The notes beneath the pieces are model-generated. The model made no database searches. It was not told where the DNA came from and was given only the letters and a program-made list of their open reading frames with translations. Shown piece after piece: positions 40,201 through 53,479 of a DNA stretch of 64,000 nucleotides. The translations under genes were made by a program, and so were the position numbers. Origin of the DNA: the human T2T-CHM13v2.0 reference genome, Homo sapiens. Location: assembly GCF_009914755.1 (NCBI RefSeq), contig NC_060940.1; one strand, given 5' to 3'. Position 1 is the stretch's first letter, and every line of letters begins with the position of its first letter.

Positions 40201-40594
40201 ATTCTGCTGTTGGGCTCTGCTCTGGGCCTTCCTAAAGTCAGTACCTCACCTCCTGCGGTCTGTAAGCTAGACCTGCCTTAAGACAGCCATGGGTGGGGCT
40301 GTCCCCCTCTGGCTGAATCAGTCCTCCATGTGGGCTGATGGCTGTGGAATGGGAAAAGAAAGTCGAAAGCTGATTCCAGCATCGTCTCACTTGCTCTTTC
40401 TTAGCCTTATCTGTAAAATGGGATTATAGTAAATTCTTCCTCATAGATCACTGTGGGACTAAATAAGTTATTATATACGAAGCAAGTACCTAATAAAGTT
40501 AATTTTATAGATCTGTTCAGGAACAGTCTAAGAACATAGTGAAAGCTTAAAAGACCTATACAGGTTGGAAGGATTAATCTTTTTAAAAAATCAG

Positions 40595-40832
40595 CTCTGA
40601 ACAATGAGAATACATGGACACAGGGAGGGGAACAACACACACTGGGGCCTGTCGGGGGGCAGGGTGTAGGGAGAGCATCAGGATAAATAGCTAATGCATG
40701 CGGGGTGTAGTGCCTAGGTGATGGATTGATAAGTGCAGCAAACTACCATGGCATATGTTTACTTATGTAACAAACCTGCACCTGCTGCACATGTATCCTG
40801 GAACTTAAATAAAATAATTTTTTTTTAAAAGA
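40595..40832 (+). mobile_element. 5'-truncated L1PA (older subfamily) 3' end
   Basis: 'aatgagaatacatggacacagggaggggaacaacacacactgggg...gtaacaaacctgcac'; TSD AAAAAATCAG at 40585-40594 and 40833-40842 at a TTTT/AAAA endonuclease site. Confidence 0.93.
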
Positions 40833-41749
40833 AAAAAATCAGTTTCATAAATAGGCATTTCGGCAGCTTCCTAGTTACAGTATATTTACTCTGTGTTTCA
40901 AAGATTTGTAATTTTTTTTTTTTTACTTCCCGGATCTTCAAGTCTTTTGACCACATTAGAGTCTTGATCTAATTCCTCACCTGCCCCAGGGTTAAGGGAA
41001 ACAGAAACCTCAGGCCTCAGAACTGGCCCTGCCCAGCAACCTTAGAGATGAATGGGAAACACTCTGCCTATTTTCTCTTCCAGACCACCTAGCATTACCC
41101 TCTGCAGTTCAAGGCCACTGAGGAAGTTCAGTTTTCCCTCGTGTGTTTTTCTGAGCTTGTCGTTCATTTGCTCTCAATGCCCTGGTGGGTGGACTCTCCT
41201 CTGTGCGGGCACAAAACTTTGCTTTTTGGAAAAAGCAAATCCCCCTATGGAATAAATTTGTTCCTCAATGGCAGGGAACATACATTTTGCACGGTGTCTT
41301 TGCTGCTCTGTGGCGACATCCCTTGTGTCTGCCTGAGGGCCCTGCTTTAATACAGTCGCTTCTTACTCCCAACCAGTCACCTTTTCCAGATAATATTTGT
41401 GAGGATGCAGTCTGGATGATGTTAACCTCATGTTATAAGGCCCTGCTCCATCATTTAACGCAAGGCCATCCTAATATTATGGGGTAGCAAAGGGGATCCA
41501 ATGAGACAACATGAAAAAGTACTTTGGAGGAATTTTTTCTTGGCAATTACTCTTGATAGCACTGAAAGCAATGTAAAGCTTTCCACCCAGAGAAAATAGC
41601 AAAACGGCGGCAAATGCTTTCATTGAAGAATTGATTCAGCATTTAATGAATATCTACGGTGACTGTGGGCAAGGCTTGATGCTATGAAAACAGGGATGGA
41701 TAAGGAAGTGCACACGCCTTGGAGGGTGGCACCATTTTGTAACAAAGTC

Positions 41750-41990
41750 AGACTGTGAACGAGGAAGTAGCATCCCAAGTTGACCATATTTGGTAGTTGT
41801 GCTTCTTTGGGCGAACTACTGAACTGCTTAGAACTTCAGCTTCCCCGGCTATAAATGGAGAAGATCAGGACTCTCCTTATAGATTTTGTGAGAATCCAAC
41901 GCGATGATACAGAAAAGTACTTAGTAGAGTGCCTGGCCCATAGTGAGCACTCAGTAAACACTACCATTCTCATTCTTCACATTATGATAA
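41750..41990 (+). mobile_element. MIR
   Basis: 'tacttagtagagtgcctggcccatagtgagcactcagtaaa'. Confidence 0.75.
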
Positions 41991-42139
41991 TAAAGTGGTC
42001 TCAGTGCTATCACAGGTACACATGGAGTTCTGTGGAAATGTGGGGCTGCGTGCCATTGGCTTCTCTATGCGAGGGACTGGTGGGGAGAACATGGGTTCCC
42101 CAACCTCCAATTTCTTTCCATCTATAGGGTTGTTCTGTA

Positions 42140-42277
42140 GAGCAGGGCGCCCACACCCAGGCTGCACACTTGAGTCACCTGGGGAGCCCCACCCAATTAA
42201 ATCCCAATCTCTTGGATAGGACCCAGGAGTTAATATTTGCAAAAACCTTCACAAGTGATCTAATGTGCTGCTGAGGT
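42140..42277. mobile_element. MER5B-like fragment
   Basis: 'ggctgcacacttgagtcacctggggagc...caattaaatcccaatctct...aagtgatctaatgtgc'. Confidence 0.55.
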
Positions 42278-42430
42278 CATGACCAGCTATGTAATTAGCA
42301 AGGTCCAGTGCGGAATGAAAATGCAGGGCTACTTGTTTGAAATTATTAACAATGTCAAGGCAATGACAGCAGAGTATTATACCAAGGGCCGGGTGCCACT
42401 GCAAGGCAGCACACTGATGAAGCCAGCTCA
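42278..42430. mobile_element. MER45A-like hAT-Tip100 element
   Basis: 'ccagtgcggaatgaaaatgcaggg...tgacagcagagtattataccaag...atgaagccagc'. Confidence 0.7.
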
Positions 42431-43464
42431 GGCGGAGCTTGAGAAGCCCTGTGTTTGCATAACATTCCAGCCTCTCTCTGCCCATGGGGACTTGCGTCCC
42501 CAGGAAAGGAGATGTGGCATCTCTGGCTAGTAAATGTGAGGAAAAGAGCAGCCCTCCTCAGTTCTAGGAATCAACCTGCCTGTACAAACCAGGTGTGTTT
42601 GCTCTGCTCCTGTCTATCCTAAGTTTTACAGAGGCACCTCTTGTTTGCAAGGCTTGAATGGTCTAGCACTTTCTTCGCTGGGGATTACATTTGTGTAATG
42701 CTGGGATACAGATCCTGCAAGCTCCCTTGGCCAATCTGAGGACTATAACAACCATATATTTCCCTTGACAACCAGCTCCAACTGGGGAGGGGAAGAGGAG
42801 GGTCATTCCTAGCTGAAGTTTGAAGGGTGCCAATCACGGGCCTCTCTTCCAGCCAGGTTAAGAAGCAGTGGGCAGAAATGCAGGAGAGTGGGCACTAAAC
42901 AGAAGCCAGCATGCAAAGACCCAGGGAAGAACTCACTTGTCATGGGAAAGAGCAAGTGCCAAGGTCATGAGGTGGCATGGAGCTGGGCGTAATACAGGAA
43001 GCGGAAGGCCTTGGGGGCTGAACTTGGGTGAAGCCAGGGCAGAGCGGACGTGACGGAAGCTGGTGTGGACACCCAGCAGGGCCTTGCAGGCTTTGGAGGG
43101 CTTCCAGAGGCCCCTCAGAGGTTATAGGCAGGGGAGCAAATGGAAACTGTACCATCGCCCAGCAAGTTCTGGCAGACAGGCCTCCAGGGCTATAAGGCAG
43201 GTTGGGAAGCATTGTGTGGTAGGCCGATCCTCTCAGCCCCCTGAGCGCCTGGCCCACCAATGCTTGCTCCTGGTGGAGTGGCCCCTTCTAAGGAATCCTT
43301 CTTTGGGCACCTTGTGGTGCTGATGGGCACTGGGGCTCGGCGGCAACAAGCCCCAACTGCTAACTTGAGAATGAAGAGCAAATATTTGACTTTTTTTCAC
43401 CCTTTTCTCCCTCCTCTGCTGTCATTTTATACAGCCCTGTTTAGACTGGATGCTGGTTAATGGG

Positions 43465-43477
43465 CGACCTTTGCCCT
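43465..43477 (-). promoter_or_regulatory. Nuclear-receptor DR1 motif (HNF4/COUP-TF/RXR type)
   Basis: Minus strand AGGGCA-A-AGGTCG; motif match only. Confidence 0.35.
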
Positions 43478-44560
43478 TTGGCTAAAAGCTGTGACCAGGA
43501 AATCCCACCTCCCATTAATGCGGGTTTTGTTCAGGATCCCAGGAACGCCTAGCTCACAGCTTCTGCTCTGCAAACGCATTGTCTGCCAGGCTTAGAAAAA
43601 GAAAATGGAAAAGAAAAACAAACAAAGAAAAAGAAAAAAAAAAAAAAAGAAAAAAAACAACCTTCCACTGTTGAATTAAAACAGCAAACTCCAGGCCCAA
43701 AGTAGGTTTCAGTCTCTATTAAGATAACAAAAGGTCCTAAATGCCAGGCCTGGGCGCAAACTGTGCAGACAAGCGGGTGGCCGGAGAAGGAGGGGGGTCA
43801 AGGAAGAGAGGGAAACTCAATTGACGGTTACTTTTTTTTCAGAGTTATTTCCGGTGGGTCTGCCCCCACCCCTCAACAAATTTTGTTGCTCTGAGCATTC
43901 CAGGCATAAAAAGTGAGGCCCTGGAGGGCCCCTGAGACCAGCGTCCTGCACAGTGACATGGCACAGTGACATGGCAACCCAGAGGCACCTTGATCTTGAC
44001 TATTCTAATGCAATGCTTTTCGTTCCTGGCTCCACATGGGTGCCCGTGTGTTCCAATCACATGGCCACAGTCTCTCTCTTCCTTTCTTATTTTCTCTCTC
44101 CTTTGTTGATGTTGAATATGATTATTTAAAAGGCTTTATCCTTTTTTCTGCTAAGCCACTCTGGCCCAGAGCCATCTCTTTCACCCTAAAAATTCGAACT
44201 CTTGGCAAACAGGGCTTTCTGACCCATTGTCCACTGGGCTTAGCTTGTCCACCTCTTGTGACTTACTTGAGAGCATCAGTGATTGTGCAGGCTAGGGAGC
44301 CTTCCTTATGGCTCCCACCTGGCGTCTCTTCCGCAGCACCCAGGATAGCTCATGGCTAAAAGCACATGCTCCAAAAATGTTTGGTCATGGGAGGATCAAG
44401 TATTAATATATGTTAGTTATTATTTATGTCATGTTAGGCATAATGGCTAATGATTGTTTCTAAGCTAGATAGGTGTATGGAATAAAAAATTAAAAATAGA
44501 CAACATTTATTGACTGCTATTTGTGTGTTAATGACTTAACTCTTAAAAGACCCTTATCTT

Positions 44561-44875
<315 letters not shown>

Positions 44876-45011
44876 TTATCTCAAATCTCAAGATTATACT
44901 AGGGTTTTTGCAAGTTCCTAAAGATTATGAAAATAAAAACCAAATCAATTAGAACAAAAACCAAAAACAACCCATTTCTTTTTTTTTTTCTTTTTTGGAG
45001 AGACAAAAAAA

Positions 45012-45935
45012 ATTCATTTAATTTATATACATTTTATTATATGTTATCTATGTGTGTATATAGCAGATAAGAGCAATGATTTGTGTTCAGTTTTTTTATT
45101 GTTTTTAAGAGATTATTCAGAAGTCCATTGTATTAATGTCAATAAAAATTTACTACAAAGTAAAGGGTCTACTGCATGTTTTTATACAAACCAAAATGCT
45201 TGTGTGTGGGTTTTCGATCAACACATGAAGAGGAGAAGAAAGCAAAGGACAGCAGAGGGGCAGAAGGGGGAGGAGACGGGAATAAAAGAGAGGAAAGGGA
45301 GGGGACACTCAGGCACAAAATAGGTCCCCTGAAAAAAACACACACAAAACCGAAAACCAAGCGGAGTCTCAACAAAGAGCCGTCCAGGTAGGGAGGAAAG
45401 GAAACTCCAGCTGCTCTTGCTACACGAGAAACAAGTCGGGTCCTCAGGAGAAGTGGCCCGCAGGTGTCAGATTTGTTTTCCTAACTGCATGAAGGACACC
45501 CCACAGTCCTGGGGAGGACGGGACAGGGGGAAGCGTTTGGTGTTTGAATGCCCGCTAGCCTGCTGACCAGCGAGACCCTGGGTGAGGCCACTCCTGGACA
45601 CTAATATCCACTTCAAGCTGCGTTTGTGGATTGTAAGTGTGCCTCCATGCATGAACCGGAAGCTCAATTAGTAGCTGCTCTTGTTATACAACTTAAGGAA
45701 GTGCATTTTTTCCCCCCATTTGAGGGAATGAGTCTTTCTATGACAAAGCTGGAGGAGGCCAAAGGGAGACTGTCTTAGTCCTGACTCTTGGATAGGACGC
45801 AGGGATGAGACTACGTGAGGATGTTTTATATGCATTTACATAGTTATTATGCATATATTTTAATTTTTTACATTTAAATGCATTTATTCATTTAATTTAT
45901 ATGCATTTTATTATGTTATCTATGTGTGTATATAG
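45012..45935. repeat. Dispersed ~50-bp direct repeat (45012-45063 and 45886-45935)
   Basis: ATTCATTTAATTTATAT(A/G)CATTTTATTAT(AT)GTTATCTATGTGTGTATATAG; one mismatch and one 2-nt indel. Confidence 0.93.
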
Positions 45936-46044
45936 ACACATACATATATGCATGCATATAATGTATTTTACTATATATGTTGTACGTGTGTATAAAGCAC
46001 ACATATATGATAAAGTGCATATACATTTACACACACACATATGT

Positions 46045-46290
46045 AGCCATCATTGAGCACTTACTGTGCTCTGGGTATGATGCTATAGGCTTTACACACT
46101 TGCTGTTATTTAATCCCCATAATGACCCTGTGAAATGGAAACTACACTATTATCTGTATGTTACTAGTGGGGAAAGTGGCTCAGAGAAGTTAGGTTACTT
46201 TCACAAGGTCTCACAGCCTTTTGAGCACAACGTTGAGAGCTGCACAAGGGTGCGTCCTATGCCGAAGCCTGATGGCTGTAACCACTGAGA
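46045..46290 (-). mobile_element. MIR, near full length
   Basis: 'cattgagcacttactgtgctctggg...atttaatccccataatgaccctgtga...ggctcagagaagttaggttactttcacaaggtctcacagc'. Confidence 0.85.
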
Positions 46291-47376
46291 TCACCGCCTC
46301 TCACAGATAGGCATGACCTAGGTCATCCAGATGGACTTCCGCGGAGGGCCTGACTCTCACCTGCATCCCTCCAGTGCCACTAGGACACGCCTTCCTACAC
46401 CTGGGGTCTCAGTGATGGTGCCAGGCGAGGGCTGGGATCCAGCCTGGTAGCCACGAGATGTGTTGGAAAGACCACTGCTTGGAATGACTCAGGACTCCAT
46501 TCTCGAAGAGCCTCAGAATCTGAGCCCAGTGAGTTGGAGACACAAAGACACTGGATTACGTTCTGGTTGACTTTAAAGCAGGCTGTGGGCTCTCTAATTT
46601 CTAATGAGCAATGAATGCTCTGTCCCCCACTTGGAGAAAGCTTTTAATTAGCCCACTGGACACAGGCTACCAAGAAAAGTGGTCAGTGTGAAAACGACTC
46701 TTTTCTGCCACTGCACGTTAATACCTTGTGCCAGAATCAGATCAACCCACATGGCTGATGCCTTAATCAGTGAAGCTCCAAAGAGTTCACCTTCAAATCA
46801 AGTTGCCTGGTTGCAGGCAGCACTCTCGTTCTCCCTTCCAAGAAAACGCTTCTTCTTCCAAGCACCTCCTTTCATAAAAACACCCACATTTGTTATTTCT
46901 TGCAGAAAGTTTGGTAATGAATGTGGCTTCTATGTTTTCAGCTGTAAACAGCACAAATCCCCCTGCAGGCGCTCTAGAAGACCTTTTATCCATACTCAGG
47001 AAAAAGAATTGATTGATTTTGAAGTTAAATGTTGGCATCTGCTGTTATTCAAAACCTGGACCTTGGCGACAGTCATCCACCATGCTTTCAGCATTGCCAC
47101 CAGTGTGCAGCAAATGAAGACAAGCTGTTGTCAAATGAGAAATGCAAAATAGTCAATCTGTTTGTCTGTTTAATGTAACTGGGAACATAAGCTGCTAAAA
47201 GTGGTACCATTCGGCACTGTCAGATGGGAGACACTCTCCAACAAACAAAAGCCTAATGACCCATTTTACTCGGCACTCCGGAGTTGCTTCTGACGGTACC
47301 TTCCATATGCACCCAAACATGCTTTTATCTGAAACTGCAAATGGCACGATTTTCCATCCAACACAAGCGTGTAATC

Positions 47377-47403
47377 TGTGTGTGTGTGTGAATGTGTGTG
47401 TGT
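47377..47403. repeat. Interrupted (TG)n microsatellite
   Basis: Direct observation. Confidence 0.85.
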
Positions 47404-49969
47404 TGGGAGAGAGGGGGTGGGAGGTGTCCCCACTCCCAGCACTGTGGAGGAAGGCTGATGTTCTAGACATCTTAGAGCTGGAAGCATATTGCAGAAGCAT
47501 CTGACTCTCATCTTCTCTTTACACCTGTCATTGTACTGTATTAAAGGGAAAAAATCAAGTCATTAACCATGATAGATATGTTTTTAATAAGTAAGTGTTG
47601 TGCCTCACCAGGCAGATAAATAGCAGGGCTTATGATAGCTTCAGAGCCTGGCATGGGATTGCAGTGGGAAGTTAAAGGCACTGCCTACTTCTTCAAAGAG
47701 TGTGCAATGTGGGAAGCACGGGGCTCTCAACACTACCCAGGCAGCAATTCTTCAAGAATGATCCCTGCTGAGGCTAGATTCTCTCTTGCCTTTGACCTTA
47801 GGCGTTGTCTCACACTTCTGTTTCTCAGGGCTTCTGGTACCTGGAGAAATATGCCCTCTTCCAAAGGCTGTTGGCCAAACCCAGTGCCTACGAATGGCTT
47901 CAAAAATGCATCTTCCACTGGCATGGCAAATAATGATGCCTATTAATTCATATAGACTGTCAGGAGTACTGTGTTGAGAAGGGTTCTGAGGCACACCCGT
48001 AAGAAAGAGTGCTATAATTGGTTATCAGACCATGATATTACTTATCTGCTGCCACAAGCCAATGTTTATTAAAACAAACAAGCAGAGAAAAAGCAAGTTA
48101 GGACCATCAGAACTCACTTCATGTTTAGGATCTATCAAAGACTCCTGTAATTTATACCAGAAAGTCAAATCAACTTATGTCATGTCAAAATGCGGGGAGA
48201 AAAAAAAGAGAGAGGTTAAGGGTTGATGCACTTCGCTCAAAAGACTCATTGCAAAAGAATATGCCTGGCTCCAAGAGTGTTTGGATACATTCAGTGGAAA
48301 TAAGGCGAAAGCATATGGTTTGCATTTCCTCTATAAAGAAATATGGGTGGGAACCTTGTGGGACCCAAGATGCAATAACAAATACAGATACTTGACAAGG
48401 CTTGGCAGGCGAAGACAGAATATTTCTGTGTTTACCTGACAATGTGACTGGAGTCCAGCCCACTGGGGAGCAATCCATTTGGTTGTGACCTGTCGCACCC
48501 TGGCAGAATGTCCTTGCAGAGACATCAATGTCAGCCCGGGAAGCATCGCTCCCTCCCCCTTTCCAGGCAAGCAGCCCCTCCAGTGAGAAATGCTGATCCT
48601 GTAACACGGGCTAATGATGCAGTTATACCGCTTGGACACTGGGTGATACTGTATCGTATTACTGTGTAATAACAGGCAGAAAGGAAATGTGGACTCTGGT
48701 TTTTAATCTTCCCATTCCAGAGTCTTTTTTTAAAAAATAGAATTTTGACTTCTCTTTTGATGGTTTGTTTTACCATTAATTTTTGTTTTGTTTTACCTTT
48801 TTTGTGGGTCTGGTCTCACTACCAGAACTAGCCCTTTTGATTCCATAAGTTGGAGACAAAAGGAACAAAAGATAAGTCAGTGAGAGCAAGAAAAAGAAAG
48901 GTGTTTTCTGTATGAAGATTATGAAAAATGGTGGTGGGAGTTCTTAAACATCAAGCCAGACAACCAGACCCTAAAAAACACACTCGCTTCCTAATCATAC
49001 ATATTTTGTTTCAGAGAAAAAGTGCCATTTGTAAGCTAGGGACCAAAAGGGACTAAATGATTATTGCTGTGTCCATTACACTTTTGGTCACAAAAACAAA
49101 AAAGTTAATAAATGTGAGTTGCGTGTTTGTGTTTTATCATTTCTTTCCATGGCAGATCAAAAGTCACATGAGTGGTGTTGCAATGCAGCTGCTTGGATTA
49201 TACTTGGCGCCTTAATAATAAATAGGGAGTTTCTAGAACCACCAGCTCATTAATGAGCACTAATTCAGAATGGATGGCACAATGTTCAGTAATTTAAGCA
49301 ATGTGGACAATGAAGGTTCTCAACTCTGGTACAAAGAGCGGCCTACAGAATCGTGTGGAATGAGTAATTACAGCTAATATCCATTTCGGCTTGTATTAGA
49401 ACGTCCAAAGAAACAAGGTCATGCCAGCAGGCCAGGGGCTGGTCCCAGGGAGCATTGCAGGGGAAGGGAGAGTCATCCGGGGCAGGTGAACTGTTTCTAT
49501 TACTTGGGCTCAGTGATGAATAAGGCCCTGACGGTTCCCACCAGAACCGGGCGGCCAAGCTGCAGTTGCTCGGTTACCGAGCATATCCACTACCGACCCG
49601 CCTGTGCTCTGCACAGGGGCACCAGGACTGCAGAGGTGAGGTATTGCTGCTCCAGTCCCAACCTACTTCCAACCTCCATCTACTGTTGGAACAGACAGGG
49701 AGCAAAGTGCTGGATGCTTTTCTTCCCTGGGGCTTGTGGGGAGTGTGACTGAGGAGTGCACCTTCCTCAGAGATGCCCCTGGTATTCTCTGTGGTTCACA
49801 GCTGAGGGTCTGCAAGGTGGATGGGAAACGAGGCTGTGAGACCTCCACTGGTCATGGGGAGGGGCTGCACTAGGATTGGGGAGTTTAGACCCTCCTGGTG
49901 CACCAGAGAGATAATAGATAAACTGGATACAATTTGGGGGTCTGTGGATAAGACATCGCTTTGAACCTG

Positions 49970-50435
49970 AGCTGTAATAGACGGGTTCTTGTTGCCAGCA
50001 ACAGAAATCGACGCTGGAAGATTTAAGCAGAGAGAGGAATTTACTGAAAGGTCAATGGGGGATGCACAGAAGAGGTGGAAAAGGAGGCTTACGAAATAGG
50101 GATTCAAGGCAGAAGGGAGAATCACGTTGCCAGACCATTTCTGTAGCTGCAGGCTTCACAGCCACTGCGTTTGCACTATTTGGGACCACAGCATGCTTTT
50201 CTGCCACCCAAGTCCTGGCTTGTATTAGACCCTGGGCTCCAGCAACGGCACCCCAAGCTCTGCATGCCCCTCTTGTCATTTTTTGGCTTCACTGGTAACA
50301 TTCAAAGTCTAGGTTCTTGTATCTTATTCAATTGACTGAGACCAAGTCATGTGACCACTAGCTTCCAAAGGAGGCTGGAAAAGGTAACGTTGGCCTTTTA
50401 GGGCTCCAATATTGGAAAGGGAGTCTCTGCCTCCT
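49970..50435 (-). mobile_element. Old MLT1-type LTR fragment
   Basis: 'ggttcttgttgccagcaacagaaa...aagtcatgtgaccactagcttccaaaggaggctggaaaagg'. Confidence 0.5.
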
Positions 50436-51084
50436 ATGCTTTCTTAAGATGATAAATTCCCCTGAAATGAGACAGGCTATCAGATGCAGGACTGCCCCAA
50501 AGCGTCAAATATCTGCTTGACTTGTCCTGTCTTGTAATCCTGTGTGATGCACATGGCCATTTTCCCATTCTAAATCTCTGCTTCTCATGGCAAAATGGAG
50601 ACAGCAACAGTACCACCCTCACAGGCTGTAATGGATGAGGAAACCAGGCCCTTCATTCATTCGTTCCACACACATGTATGGAGTGCCTACAATATGTAAG
50701 GTTTAGTGTAGGTTTTTAAGGATACACTTACCAGGGTAAGCCCCTGACCCACGGAGCATTGCTTGGCCTCCTGGTAGAGAGGAAGAGAGGTTGGTGGCTT
50801 ACAAGGTATTATGAGATGTAATAAGACTTGCAGATGAATTGGATGTATGGGATAAAGGAGGGGAAGGAAAGTAAATCTATCTCCAGTTTCCAGGAAAAAC
50901 TATGGGGGAAAGCCATCAGCTTAGCTCTGGTCACACTCTAAGTGCTCAGTAGATGTTAACTGCTCACATGATTGCCAGCAGGTTCATCATCATCATCATC
51001 ATCACTTTCGTTCTTATCTTGGGCTGGGCAATCCTCATAGACAGCTTCACTCTTCAACATAAAGTAGTGACACTGGACTAGAGG

Positions 51085-51292
51085 CAGTCTCTCTGTGTGA
51101 CCTTGGACAAGCTACGTACATTTCTGTGCCTTAACTTCCTACCCTGTAAAATGGAGATGATAACAGTAGCTGCATTACAGGGTTGTTTTGAGGACTAAAT
51201 TGGCTATTTTGTGAAAAAGCACTTAAGACTGTGCTGGGAGCATCATAAGCATATGCCATATGTACAATCTGCTGTCTTTTCTGTTGTTATCA
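51085..51292 (+). mobile_element. MIR
   Basis: 'ctgtgtgaccttggacaag...ctgtaaaatggagatgataacagta...gggttgttttgaggactaaat'. Confidence 0.85.
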
Positions 51293-52639
51293 GTGTTTCC
51301 CAACTTCTGCACATCACTCAAATCCCGTTCCTGCCATCCGAAGGGTATGTTTGCAAAATGGATCCCAAAAACCTGACCTTCTTTTTCCACTCAAGAAACA
51401 GGGACAGTAGGTCTCCGCAGTCCATGTGGAGATGAAACCCTCCCATAAATCATTAACGGGAGGTTTGAGATGAATCTGGTGACTGAGGCTTGGGTGGCTC
51501 TGACCTCACACGAGCTGACCACAGGGCCTGCCTATCATAAGCTCCTGCCATGAACTCGTAGCCCTAGGAGCTGGCCCAGCCTGGGCTTCTTCCCTGCCCT
51601 GGAATGGAAGGAAGGGCTTTGAGGTCCCAGACGTGGTTGGTCCCCTTGTTCAGTGGGAGGCACAGCCCGGGTCCCTGGGCATGAGCTCACGGGCTGGACT
51701 TCTGCTTTCGAGCCTGGCTAGAAGCAACGCATCAGCAGCTTTCTGCATGATTGCAGGACGCTTGCAGTTCATGTGCCTGTTGGAAACCAGAATTGAGGAA
51801 ATACCCCACACACATCCAATCACATGCCCCCGACATGATGGGCGATAAAATGAGAAAATAGTAGAGTTCACTGCTACCCTTTACGATAAAAAAATGGTGT
51901 TAACAATACTGTCTGGCAAATGTTTAAACAGAAAAAAATATATATAACCACACAATGGACTAATGTACAAGATAACTAGTTAGACTAAATTAGAATCTCC
52001 CCTCTCCCCATACCTGTTTTTCTGGAATGAAGCCTTCAAGTAGATCTCATATAAGGAAAATATGAAATAATTAGGCCCTGGATTGTGCTAGAATGACAGT
52101 CACTGTGGTCACCAAATCGTAAGCCAACAACGAAGAGACTGAATTTTATAGAAAGCTATTCCTAAAATCCCAACAGGCCCCAGGAAGCAGTTCCTCTACA
52201 ACCTACCCTTTGACTCACTCATCTTTGACTGTCATAAATATTGGATTGGAATTTGCAAAAACAGAACTACCTCCTTGTCCTCTAAATTCATTCATCTGCC
52301 ATGAGACCACCTGCCTGTGCCTCAGTTTCCCTTGTTTTAATGACAATGGTGATAATATCTGACAGAGCCTTGGGAAGGGTCAGACTGTGTCATATCTATG
52401 GTGTCCCTGAAGACCCACAGCCCTGCTGACCCAATCGATGGAGCTGTCTAGACAATCAATACGGATCACTGCAGCTGAATTGACCCAACACGGGTCCACA
52501 TTGATCATTTAAGACACCTGGAATGATCAGATCTATTGGGCCATGCTTCAGGGACTTTGGTCACTAAGGCCCTGGTTAAGTGAGGAACCAGACTTTTAAG
52601 AAGATAAGGTGTTAACTTACAAAGTCCTCCAAACTTCAG

Positions 52640-53130
52640 AGAGGCCATTGGATGGTAGGAGTTTGGCCTCTGGGAGGCACCTCTATCACTTAACAGCCTG
52701 TGTGGCTGCAGGCAGGCTAAATAACCTCAATGAGCCTCTGCTTGCTTATCAGGAAAATGGGGGTGAAAAGGTATTTGCCCCCATGGAATTGTAGGGACCA
52801 GCCAATGAAATGAGGTGTTGAAATGCTAGCAAAAGCCTGGGATCATAAAGTATGCTTTATTCTGTGTAGGAATTTTCTGTTATGCAAAAGCATCTTGTCC
52901 GTCAACATCTCAAAATATTGAAGCCCTATTAACAGTTGCCTGGGAATGTATTGATGTCTGTCTTTGACAAGCATATCCTTTAATCCCCCACATAATGCTA
53001 TGAGTTTTAAGAGTGACAACTGGCATCAACTTTCCCACAGTTGCAGAGCTAGAAAGTTGCAGAGCTGGAAAGTGGCAGATCTAGGCACAAAGCCATGTAA
53101 TTCCTGACTCTGGAACCTGGGTCCTCTCCA
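52640..53130. mobile_element. Two MIRs (plus then minus)
   Basis: 'aataacctcaatgagcctctg...aaaatggggg' and 'ctttaatcccccacataatgctatgag...agtggcagatctagg...ctgactctgga'. Confidence 0.6.
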
Positions 53131-53479
53131 TGGTCCACGCTCCTTTCCTAACGCCCAGAAATGGGAATCTGGGAGACGGGAGAATATAGGACTCCTGCCT
53201 TTAGAAAGCGTGGGCCCTTCTGGGGTGATGGGCCACTTATGGAAGTAACATAGATGAAGTTACTTATGGATGTAACATAATGTGAACAGTAGCTGGAAAT
53301 ATTTAAATGCAACCTGGGTGATATGAAGGAGTTGAGGCTCTAATCTGGCCCTGGGCGCAGAGAGAGGTGGGAGGTGGAAGGGAACAAAAGGCTATAGCAG
53401 TGCAAAGTCAGTGTTCCATCTAAGCCTTGGATACAGGGGTGCTCTTCAATAAGCCATGATACAGGAAAAACTGAGGCTG

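Noticed and set aside
46679-47152. 157-aa ORF in a repeat-free island
   Set aside because: GTG start and no protein-like features; regulatory explanation more plausible
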